Assembly (NCBI RefSeq): GCF_964355755.1
Contig: NC_092674.1
Coordinates: 27,714,001-27,778,000, forward strand
Direction of reading: 5' to 3'
DNA length: 64,000 nucleotides
Source of the DNA: Antedon mediterranea
Lineage: Eukaryota > Animalia > Echinodermata
The notes below the pieces were generated by a model that worked only from the letters and a program-made list of their open reading frames with translations, had not been told where the DNA came from and did no database searches. Positions within the stretch are counted from its first letter, which is position 1. Each line of letters starts with the position of its first letter. The translations under genes and the position numbers were made by a program. Of this stretch, positions 37,802-48,690 are shown piece by piece.

Positions 37802-38728
37802 ATGAATTCTACGGATATTGAGTCATCGGCAACGGTGACTACAATAAGAACGCTAATACTCTGTATTATTATGCTACTTACAATTATTGGAAATTCGTTT
37901 ACGCTTGCCATGATTTATTTGAACGAATCGCTTCACACGAAAACGTACATCTTCGTCGTAAATCTAGCGATTGCTGATCTTTTAAACGGTCTGCTAATCG
38001 TGCCTATCATGTTCACTGCTTCTGTATCTGGCGAATGGCCATTCGTGTTATGGTTTTGTCAAGTTTCAGGAGTTATCACAGCTCAACTTTGTCTGACAAG
38101 CATCGCTACATTATGTGCAATTGCCCTTGAACGATATCATTCCATTATCAATCCTTTGGTTTACGAATCCAAAATGAGTAACACAAATGTTGTTATTTTA
38201 CTGAGTTGGACGTGGGTTCAACCTTTTATATTTTCAATGCTACCGATATTAGGATGGGGTTCGTACGTTTATGTGCCGTTTATTTTTACCTGTGTGACCC
38301 CGTGGGGAGAAAACCCAACTTTTACAATAGCTTTATTTCTGTCATGCATGTTTATTCCGTATGCAGTGACGGTTAAAATATATTACCATATAGGTAGATT
38401 GACATTCCGTCAACTCAAACAAGTTAATCTGACTAATTCCGTACCAAAGTCGACAACAAATGATAGCAGTCGATTGAAAGCCGAGTTTAAATCCGCCTTA
38501 GTGTTTGCAATTGTACTCGGAACATTTACCATATGTTGGTTCCCGTACCAAATCATCATGGTTTGCCAGTTAAGCAACGCGACGTTACCTAACTGGTTCT
38601 TGACCGTTGCCGCGTGGTTAGCGGTACTAAACTCGTCATGTAACCCAATCATTTACTGCTTAATGAATAGGCAATTTAGAAACGGGTTTCGGAAATGTAT
38701 GCGACAATTAGGTCTACGCTCAACATAA
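37802..38728 (+). CDS. class A GPCR, GPR161-like orphan, paralog of 29357-30412, intronless CDS, 308 aa
   Basis: GN, LAIAD, ERY, CWFP and NPIIY motifs; collinear similarity with the upstream GPCR (TLCAIALERY, WTWVQ, GTFTICW, WLAVLNSSCNP). Confidence 0.9.
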   Translation: MNSTDIESSATVTTIRTLILCIIMLLTIIGNSFTLAMIYLNESLHTKTYIFVVNLAIADLLNGLLIVPIMFTASVSGEWPFVLWFCQVSGVITAQLCLTSIATLCAIALERYHSIINPLVYESKMSNTNVVILLSWTWVQPFIFSMLPILGWGSYVYVPFIFTCVTPWGENPTFTIALFLSCMFIPYAVTVKIYYHIGRLTFRQLKQVNLTNSVPKSTTNDSSRLKAEFKSALVFAIVLGTFTICWFPYQIIMVCQLSNATLPNWFLTVAAWLAVLNSSCNPIIYCLMNRQFRNGFRKCMRQLGLRST

Positions 38729-39277
38729 AATGACAGACATGATAACATTTTGCCAGTGTGACATTTTACAAGATCGTAGAAACGTAGAAGAACGAAACTG
38801 AGTTATTTCGTCGTCAACATGTACGTCAACGACGTAACGAAGAATCTTATAATAAATAAGAAATAATATATAACAAATACAAATTTTACGCTAACATTTA
38901 AACGTTGATATTTTACGCACAGGTTTTGTACGCGGCCGTCTTTGGCACAACGCATCTTGCTAGTAAAATAGTTTTTCCTGGACTAAATTTTAGTTTTTAA
39001 AATGTTTCGTAGTAGGCCTACTGTGATAAGTATTTATAGTTGTTTATAACTTGTATTCTTCATAATTATATAGGCCAAGGCCTAATTTCTATTATTACCG
39101 AAATGCATTGTAGTAATGTATATGTACCGGTATTAAGGAAAGTCAAATTTCCAGTTACTTGATCAATGCAAAATCTTTGTATAAATGTAGTCCATGACGA
39201 GCTCCAATTCCACCACTATCGATCATATCATTTTATCATTGAAAGAGCATAATATAGTATCCTATTACACATATTAA

Positions 39278-39580
39278 AGATGTATTGTCCCTATGAAAAA
39301 ATAATTATTTACATTTTTTGTTGTTGAATATGCCATTTTAAGTTCACATAATAATTATCCACTTTGAACAAAAAATAGGTCAAAAAAATTATTTGCCTAA
39401 AAAAAATGTAATTTAAAGCAAAGATTAGTCAAATTGGTTGAATTTAACAAGTTATTTTGTCATTCTATAAAGGGAAACATTTTTTTTTTCTACGGAAGTG
39501 ATAACTTCATTAAAACTTCAAAATACAAAGTGTGATTTAAATATTCTTCATTTTTCATGTTTTTGGGGGACAATACATCT
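39278..39580. mobile_element. MITE family C copy (opposite orientation)
   Basis: Same TIRs; reverse-complement internal sequence. Confidence 0.8.
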
Positions 39581-39861
39581 TGAAGTGTCTATAAACTTAA
39601 TGTTGATCAATTAGTTATTTTGGTTCATAATATATGGCCTATGGCCTAAATGCCTTGAAGCCTATGCTTATTATTTAATCTTATGTATCACGTTAAAGTA
39701 ATTACATTTTTTTTCAACCTCGTCGAGCATCCTGGTAACAATTATATTTCAATCTGTTAGGATATGTACGGAAATCCTATCACTGATAGCAAAAATTAAA
39801 ACTATATTGAAATTATATTGAAATATTCTTTTTTCCAAACCAATAATTAGTAAAAACTAAC

Positions 39862-39908
39862 CTATTGACAGTTTCGCTGTCCTGATCGGACAGCTTCTTC
39901 AGAAATAA
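39862..39908 (-). ncRNA. minimal hammerhead ribozyme-like motif (Penelope-type)
   Basis: Minus strand: TTATTT-CTGAAGA-A-GCTGTCC-GATCA-GGACAGC-GAAAC-TGTC-AATAG; intact CUGANGA/GAAA core and a perfect 7-bp stem II. Confidence 0.65.
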
Positions 39909-39999
39909 TGACGATCTATCATCATATATTATATATATTATATATATATTATATTATATATATTATTATATTGTTATATTGAAATTACAATAACAATTA

Positions 40000-40258
40000 A
40001 GATATATTGTCCCACTGAAATACCGTTTATTTAATTTGTTTAATAGGCCTATGCCATTTTAATGTCACGTAATAGTTGAGCACTTTGACCAAAAATTGGA
40101 TCAAAAAAATGATTTTTTTTTTATAATTTAAAAGTTAAAAATGTTTTCCCGTTTTTTTTCCTATAAATTATGAATACATTTATTAAAACAAAATAATCTA
40201 TTCAAAGTCTGATTTTATATATCTTCATTTTTTTATGTTTTTGAGGGACAATAACTCT
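40000..40258. mobile_element. MITE family C copy, diverged
   Basis: GATATATTGTCCC...GGGACAATAACTCTTTAA. Confidence 0.7.
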
Positions 40259-42057
40259 TTAAACAAAATATCTGTTTTGCCAAAATGTTCGTTCCCACTT
40301 CGACACAACGCAACGACGTAGGCTCACCCTGAGGTAGTTGACCAATCATTGCGTTGCGTCCAAGTGGAAACCAAGGTTTACAATGGTAACATGTATTTTG
40401 TTTTAAAAGTCAACGAATCATCTCTCAATTTTAATCATATAATTTATATTTCAAATAATTTGCAAATTGGCAGATTGTATAATTTAAGGTCTGTTTAGAT
40501 GAGAAGGAATTAATTTACGTATCAATCCGCCTTTTTACCTTAATTGCAGCAAATAATGTAATTGCAATGAGAAAACGCTAATGATACAATCTTTTATTAA
40601 TTCATTATTGTTTAGATAAATTGTCATATTATTATTGTTTCAATTTGTCTGGAAATATTCATGATTATTCCACCAGATTCCGCTCTAAGAATAGGAATGT
40701 ACTTCCTGTCGAATATATTCCCGCGAATTTTTGATTTAATATTTAATTTATCTACTTTTTGTGACGCGAAAAATTGCACTAAAGAAATATTTGATTCGTG
40801 CGAATATATTCGCTAAAGAAAAACAGGCTACATCATAGTAAGCAATTTGATTATATGGTTACATAAAGAGCACTTTTTCCGTTTCACGGAACGTATAATA
40901 AACGATGCCGTCTCTGTTCCCTGAAACGGAACAATTGTGAATGCTAAACTTAAGAAATTTGGAAAGCGGTTTTTTTTTCCAAAGATTTGTAATGATCACA
41001 AGATACCGTTATTGTATGGTTGTGTTAGCGTCTTTGGATGTGACCGTTTTTAAGTATTGTTCTCCCCCGTCTTGTGAAGAGGTTTACAACCAGTATTAAA
41101 CAAAGAAATAAATAACATTTAAAATGAACTGATTATTGCGTATCCTAATTTTTAAAGAAGATAAAAATTCACTGGACTGTATTTTTGTATGTTATACACT
41201 TATTTTTATATTTTTAATATTTATCATTATTGTACAAGCTTTTTTCATCTTTTTAACCATGCCCTTTTCATGTTTATTGTACTTTTTAATTGTTTAAATT
41301 TAAAGAAAATAATATTTTGTTTGATTTATTGATTGCTTGTTTGAAGGCCTTACAATGAAATGCATTATGTTAACCACTAACCGAAAGTGGCACTCCTTAT
41401 TATTTCAATTCCATTACCTGAATTTTCTCATTCTATGTTATGCAAATAACTGTTTTTTTTCTTTCTTCTTTGTTCTTAAAAGGGTTCCTAAAGTTTTCCT
41501 TTTAGTGTGTTAATTGGTGGAAGTATAACCAAGCAAATATCAATGCAATTTCTATAAACAAAAGAATATATGATGTATTATGACAAGTATTAATTATGGA
41601 ATGTAAAAACAATGGAAATATATGTACCTAACTAAATTGACAGCTCTATACATGGTTTGTTTGCTAACCATTAGGCCTAAATGTGAAACGATTCAATAAA
41701 AGTTAATTTTAAAATGAACATTCTACTAAACACTTAAATAGGACTGAAATGTTTATTTGATTTGATTGACAATCCAAGTGCCCTTAAAAAAGTTAATTAG
41801 ATATACTATCATTATAATTACAGAAAGTAATTACACAACCATTAGAAGCTTTGAGATAACCTTGTGAGTATACGTTATGGGAATTCATTTTGCATATTAT
41901 CACTTATAGTTAAGTTTCAATCAATCTTTTGTTCCAAATAATCGATTTGTATAATTAGTTGTGTTTTTAAAACTAAATTGTGTCTATTCATGTCCTCAGT
42001 GACATTGAGACAAGGCGTTGACACGCGCGTACAAAAGCTGTACGATAGTTATCAACG

Positions 42058-42137
42058 TTTAAACGCGTGCGCATCATATTTGAACGCGTGCGTATCATAT
42101 TTGAACGCGTGCGTATTATATTTGAACATGCGCGCGT
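42058..42137. repeat. 21-bp tandem repeat, about 4 copies
   Basis: TTTGAACGCGTGCGTATCATA units. Confidence 0.85.
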
Positions 42138-42282
42138 CTCTTTGAAAAGAGTTTGAAATGTGTTTTCCATAGTAGTTACTTGGTTTTGTTAATGGGAATG
42201 GTATCATTAAATTTAATGTGTATGCATCTAGTTTTTTGAAAAGATTGATTGCCAAGCGAAACCGTAGAGATAGGTTAATTTA

Positions 42283-42400
42283 CTTTATTCTATTAACATT
42301 TTTATTAATGGAGTATATAGATTGGAAAAGTAGACATGTATCTTTATTCTATTAACATTTTTATTAATGGAGTATATAGATTGGAAAAGTAGACATGTAT
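42283..42400. repeat. 2 x 59 bp tandem duplication
   Basis: CTTTATTCTATTAACATTTTTATTAATGGAGTATATAGATTGGAAAAGTAGACATGTAT occurs twice. Confidence 0.9.
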
Positions 42401-43292
42401 TAAATTATTAATATATATAGGGCCAAATCATTTAATATCCCAACGATATACTTACTTACTAGCCAATTTAAAACATGATGCACTTTGTATAAATTAATAT
42501 AAATTTTAAAGGGAATCTAATTAATTTGTAGGCCTACTGACAAGGACAAGTATATGCATGTACACACTTCATTTAATTCAAACAAAGTGTACAGTAATTT
42601 ATTCACTAGACCTATTTTTCTGTTACTGTGTTGTTTCCAAAACATTGTGTGTTAATTGATGCATAAATATGCTACAAATAGAATACAGTGAGTAGGCATA
42701 TTGTTTTGTTAAGGGAACTTTTCCGTGAAAAGAAAGATGGCAATATAATTATGTTGATAAAGGTTTGCGGTACACCACATGTGTTAGTTCTGAAAAGAAC
42801 TGTTGAGTTTCTCGACGTTTCGATCAATATGCTCAGGAGTGAGAATATAATATTATGTATACCCCTATTCTGGGGAGAAATACCTATTAATGGGACATTT
42901 TGTCCCGAAAGTGTCCCCTTCATACGGGTTCTTGCTCAACATCAGTATGTTTCAATCAGGGATGGATATATTACTATATTTATATCAATAAAACGTACGT
43001 TTTAGTTGTTAGGCCTATTACTTATTTTAGCCCCCGTGTGTGATTCATGTCTGATGGATTTTAATTAAAACGCAATCTCTCAAGTGCCAAAGTAAGACTT
43101 ACATGATTTTCATATGTCCAGATCATCTCAGCATAGGCCTATACATATTTTATGAAATATAGATTTCTAAACCGATAAGAAAGTTAATTGTGTTATAATA
43201 ATCACATCCTGATTATGATGACCTTGGAAATAGACTTGATTAATGTATCGCATTTCGAATATTGTTTGGTCATACTCTTCCTTGCTTTGTGT

Positions 43293-43479
43293 TTTTAAAT
43301 GTGTTGTAGGCAATACTTCTTGTACCAAGGAGTTGAGCCTAATTGTTTTGTGTATCTGATTTTAAATGTGTTGTAGGCAATACTTCTTGTACCAAGGAGT
43401 TGAGCCTAATGTATCGCTTTTCAAATATTATTTGGTTTTAAATGTGTTGTACACTTCTTGTACCAGGGATTTGAGCCTA
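43293..43479. repeat. 3 x about 70 bp tandem repeat
   Basis: TTTTAAATGTGTTGTAGGCAATACTTCTTGTACCAAGGAGTTGAGCCTA units. Confidence 0.88.
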
Positions 43480-43589
43480 TATTATTAAATGACTTGCAAT
43501 ACTGAAGAAGGAAGACATAAATAAATATGTACGTCCCGTACATTTTTTGTTCATAATGTTTGTTTACTTTTATTTTAATTATATGGAGT

Positions 43590-43668
43590 GAGTAGTGTGG
43601 TGAAGCTTGGTGGTTATCGTGCTTGCCATCCAATCCCAAGGTCCAGGGTTCAATCCTGACCTAGTGCC
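43590..43668 (+). mobile_element. tRNA-derived SINE head fragment
   Basis: GTGGTTATCGTGCTTGCCATCCAATCCCAAGGTCCAGGGTTCAATCC; similar to 23852-23922; no intact cloverleaf. Confidence 0.5.
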
Positions 43669-44100
43669 AGGGATGTAACTCGCAACTCTTTCAACTTTCA
43701 AATGAGACTTAGTTTATAAGCACGATAAATTATAAAATAGTTTATACATCCTGTAATTGTTAAGGTACCGTACTCGCTGTTGGATGCGTATGAGAAAAAA
43801 AAGAATCTGTTGTTTAGGCTTTACTATTTTTGGTGACCGAATAAATATTTGTTATAGAACCGATCCTTTTGGACAACCATCTTTAGAGGATAATTTCTTC
43901 AGAAATGAACTAGAAGCAATATATTCTTTTACACTAAGTCAATCCATATGAGACGCCCTTAGTATTATTAATATGAGTTTTTACTGTTTCTTCAATTTCA
44001 CTCAAAGATTACTCATTTAATCCTTTAATCTTAAGTCAGTCTCGATGAGCCTCTGCTGTGAACAAACTAGGCGATGTTGACTCTTCATGCCTTGTATCTC

Positions 44101-44386
44101 TGGTAGTTTTCCGGGTGGTAGTTGTCCTAGCGGGGTAGTTGTCCGGGGGTGGTTGTCCTTTAGAGGGGAATTGTCCTAGGGGGTAATTGTCCTAGTGGGT
44201 GATTGTCCTAGGGGGTGATTGTCCTATGGGAGTAGTCCAGGGGGTGGTTGTCCATGGGGTTGTTGTCCAGGGGGTGGGGTTGTCCAAAGGGGTGATTGTC
44301 CTATGGGGTAGTTGTCCGAGTGGCTGTTGTCCAGAGGTCATGGTTGCCCGGGGTGGTAGTTGTCCAGGATGTAGTTGTCCTGTTAC
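44101..44386. repeat. G-rich minisatellite, unit about 15 bp (GGGGTAGTTGTCCTA)n
   Basis: About 18 TTGTCC-containing units. Confidence 0.9.
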
Positions 44387-44729
44387 CAGTTTTATCGTAT
44401 TATCATATTAATGGAATCGGACGAGTTTAGTGTTAGTGTAAATTCTATACCTGCATGATATATAGTTTCATATCGTTACTAACCTTTATTTCTTTCAATT
44501 ATGCAATATCAACCCACTCTTATCTGGTAATTATGTAACTAAAGCTTTTAATTACAGGTTCCTTAGAAGTTTAAATAATGGATTTTATAATTATATGATG
44601 TTAAGTATTTTTCGTTATTCAGATGTTTTGTTTTGTGTATCTATTTTTTTTAATGTCTTCATCTTCAAAGGACAATTTCACCCTGAAATGAACGAGAATC
44701 AAAGCAAAATGCTTTTACATTAGCCAATT

Positions 44730-45040
44730 ACTTGGTTCCCACTAGAGACGCAACGCAAAAACGAGATGCAATGCAAGCCAGTTGACCAATAACAAATCAC
44801 TTATTACGTTGCGTAAAGCTTGGTTCCCACTAGAACGTAACGCAAGGACGTAAACGCAACGCAAGCGTTTTAACCAATGACAAGCAAAGTTATAGACAGT
44901 TAGCAATCACAAGCGAATAAGCCATCGCTTGTGATTGGTCAATTCACTTGCGTTACGTCCTTGTGTTGCGTCGCTAGTGGGAACCACGCTTTACGTCGCG
45001 TTATACGTACTTGCGTTGCGTCTCTAGTGGGAACCAAGTA
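44730..45040. mobile_element. nested MITE family B (inner copy 44817-44990)
   Basis: Inner copy is flanked by TAA/TTA and is nearly identical in reverse complement to 34270-34435. Confidence 0.82.
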
Positions 45041-45682
45041 ATTGGCTAATGTAAAAGCATTTTCAGGATACACCCTTATTTATAGTTACTAAGGCGATAA
45101 TGTCCCCTAATATGAGTTTCTTTTATTGAAAGATGTTTTTTTTTCTTCAATATTTTACTCAGAGGTTCTCACAAGGCACAGTCTTGAGACGAGCCTCTGC
45201 TTCAACAAACTAGGCTACAATTGGTAGACGTCCTGTAGTAAATATTTATATTTGTTGGTGCAAAAAAATGAAAACAATCATAAATGACGATACTCCCGCT
45301 CTTCATGATTCAAAGTCTGATTTGATTAATCTTCTTTTTTCATGTATTTTTTTTTGGGGGGGGGGGGGGGTGGGAATACATCTTTAATATATTTTGTATG
45401 TTATAATGTATTTGCCAGTGGAAAAGGTTTATTCACTCTGAAAGTTATGAATTATTATGATTATTATTAATATAGGGTAGGCTGAACAATAAAGAAGATG
45501 TTAGTTAAGCATTGTATGTCGTATGTTATCGTATCATAAACAAACGTAGGCATTAATAAATGATCGGACGAGTTTAATGTTAATGTACTCTGGTTGTAGA
45601 TCCGGTTTTCTAGTGTAAATTCTATACCTGCATGAAATATAGTTTCATATTGTTACTGACCTTTATTTCTTTATTTCTTTAA

Positions 45683-46025
45683 AGATATATTGTCCCCCTA
45701 AAAAAAATGTTTTACATTTTTTGGTTGAATATGTTATTTTAATGTCACATAACAGTTATTCACTCTCACAAAAAATTGGGTCTGAAAAAATGTATTTACC
45801 TGAGAAAAATGTAATTTAAAGCAAAAAATTGTCAAATTGTCTGGAAGACAATGAGTTTTTGGGTAATTTAACTGTTTATTTTGTCTTTTTATAGGTGAAA
45901 TAATTTGTTTCACTCGTTTTTTTTTCTTATGGAAGTGAACAACTTCATTAAAACTGCAAAATGGCCTATTCAAAGTCCGATTTTAAAAATCTTTATTTTT
46001 CATGATTTTGGGGGACAATACATCT
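45683..46025. mobile_element. MITE family C copy
   Basis: TTAA-flanked; absent from the paralogous segment near 44495. Confidence 0.85.
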
Positions 46026-46476
46026 TTAAATTATGCAATATCAACCGACTCTTATCTGGTAATTATGTAACCATGGAGAAATAAGTTAGGAACTAACTAA
46101 CTAACTTATTTCTCCATGATGTAACTAAAGTAACTTAGAAGTTTAAATAATGGATTTTATAATTGTTTGTTTGTTATTACAATTTATTTTTATAGGCCTA
46201 CCAACTTTTATTGGAGAATTTATAAAAGAACAATCGCTATTGTTATACAACTAATACCCGCCCATACACGTCCAATGTGGTACCATGGAAAATGGCCTAT
46301 CGATATGCCGTATGGGTGTTACCATCCGTTAGTTTGCACTTAAGTTCGAGTACTTAAAGTGATACTTATACAGTTACATAATATATATATATATATATAT
46401 ATATATCGTTACAAATTAATTAATTAAATTTCAGTATATCACCGGGCGGTTTAGAATTAATGTTCTGTGCCTGATT

Positions 46477-46478
<2 letters not shown>

Positions 46479-46551
<73 letters not shown>
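46479..46551. repeat. (TA)n microsatellite
   Basis: About 36 TA units; shorter runs at 46379-46406 and 35490-35514. Confidence 0.97.
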
Positions 46552-46555
<4 letters not shown>

Positions 46556-46881
46556 CAGTTATAAATCAAAGAGCTGTATAAGCAGGATATAGAAAAAAAT
46601 CAAGATCCAATAAGTTAAAACTGCTTCAATATAGATTTATTTTTACGACATGTTTCGGGCATAGCCCATCATCGAGGCTTATACTGGTGCTGCCTAAATA
46701 CTAATACTATACTAATTTTGATCAGTATTATTATTATTATTGTGAATTACTCATTATCGATGATGGGCTATGCCCGAAACATGTCGTAAAAATAAATCTA
46801 TATTGAAGCAGTTTTAACTTATCATTGATCTTGATTTTTTCTATATCCTGCTTATACAGCTCTTTGATTTATAACTGTATA
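46552..46881. mobile_element. Penelope-like element relic: inverted pair of about 125-bp arms with a hammerhead-like motif, next to (TA)n
   Basis: 46552-46675 is near-perfectly complementary to 46757-46881; each arm carries GATGA-TGGGCTATGCCC-GAAACATGTC followed by AATAAA. Confidence 0.6.
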
Positions 46882-47851
46882 TCATCATAATCATTATACA
46901 GTTATGCATTTATATAAACTGTAAAAAAAGTGGATTAAATTGTTCATTATAGATAAGTAGCCTAGATCATCTGATAAACATTCTCATATGGTACTTCTCC
47001 ACCCCCACCCACCGCCCACCATCCACCTCAAAGAAACAGCTTCTTTCATTTATAAGTAATGAGTAATTCACAATAATAATAATAATACTGATAAAAATTA
47101 GTATAGTATTAGTATTTAGGCGGCACCAGTATAAGCCTCGAATTTCACTCGAATGCCTCTCGTTAGTAGTCCTGTATTTTAGTAAGGTATAGCCTACAAC
47201 GCGCGTATTATTTCATGGACTAAATTTTCCCTTAAGTCTAATTTCGGGGCTTTCGATGTTTTTCTGAAATGCAAGCTCAAGTAGTACACAAGATGACAGG
47301 CTATACTGTATGTGCCAAAATATGTGTCTTTTAACTAATATTAAGTCAAAACTCCGTTTCGAACCCAGATTAATTATTTCACTGTGTAACCATTCATACT
47401 CCACGAAATTATTCATAATTGAATAACTTATTAAATTACATAAGTGATCGATGGTACGATATCATGTTTGATAAATTACATAATATTTTCGATTTACATA
47501 ATTTTGTCACGCATCTGTTATAAAACGCATTCGTGACATTAATACATTTAATCTTGATTGGTAATGTTGCGTGCGATACCGAATATTAACTCACTGTGAA
47601 CTGTGAAACGACTTTAAAATGTAGTACGTAATGTTATTACTTGTGATAGCACTAATGGAAAATAGATGTCATGTTACATGGGTGAATTTGTCACTATACT
47701 CATTAAGTTGAGTCGTATGTTATTTGCAACGCGTTTAACAGTTTAAAATTCCCGTATGTAGCATCGTTTCCTACACTACGTGTACCATATTTCCTTTCTA
47801 CTTTTCTTGATAATAACCTGTACTCAATTGGATACTAATATCAACATTTAT

Positions 47852-48690
47852 AACAGTACCAATTGGTTACCATACCAGTAACAATTTGCTTACCATGTTA
47901 ATAACAAATTGGTTACCATCTTAGTAACAATTTGGTTACCATGTTAATAACAAATTGGTTATCATCTTAGTAACAATTTGGTTACCGTCTTAGTAACAAA
48001 TTAGTCACCATCTTAGTAACAAATTGGTTAACAGTACCGAATTGGTTACCATGCCAGTAACGAATTGGTTACCATGTTAGTAACAAATTGGTTACCATGT
48101 TAGTAACGAATTGGTTACCATACCAGTAACAATTTGGTTACCATGTTAATAACAAATTGGTTACCATCTTAGTAACAAATTGGTTACCATCTTAGTAACA
48201 AATTGTTCACCATCTTAGTAACAAATTGGTAAACAGTACCGAATTGGTTACCATGCCAGTAACGAATTGGTTACCATGTTAGTAACAAATTGGTTACCAT
48301 GTTAGTAACAAATTGGTTACCATGTTAGTAACAAATTAGTTACCAGGTTATTCAAAAATTGGTTACAGTACCGAATTGGTTACCATGCCAGTAACAAATT
48401 GGTTAATGGTATCGGTACCGAATTGGTTAACAGTACCGCGTTGATATTACCGAATTTGTTACAAATACTGAATTGGTTATACGTTACCGTGCCGAATGTT
48501 TACAGTACCACATTCGTCACCATCGAACTTGCTACCAGCTAAATTGTGGTTGAGAGTACCGAATTCGTTAACAATACCAAGTTTGTTAGCGTACTGAAAT
48601 GGTTAACAGTAACAAATTCGTTACCATGCTGTAATGAATCGGTTACCATGCCTGTACTGAATTGATTGGTACCGAATCGGTCACCAATCG
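47852..48690. repeat. 22-23 bp satellite (AAATTGGTTACCATGTTAGTAAC)n upstream of DCLK
   Basis: More than 30 units, homogeneous in 47860-48400 and degenerate beyond. Confidence 0.95.

Noticed and set aside
29266-38652. Antisense ORFs within the GPCR genes (29266-29526, 29965-30237, 38410-38652)
   Set aside because: Shadow frames of the real coding sequences.
42672-43005. 105-aa and 83-aa ORFs
   Set aside because: They overlap a MITE relic and have no domain signature.
47852-48690. CRISPR-like appearance of the repeat arrays (also 26574-26992)
   Set aside because: No unique spacers, no cas genes, and a eukaryotic intron-rich context.
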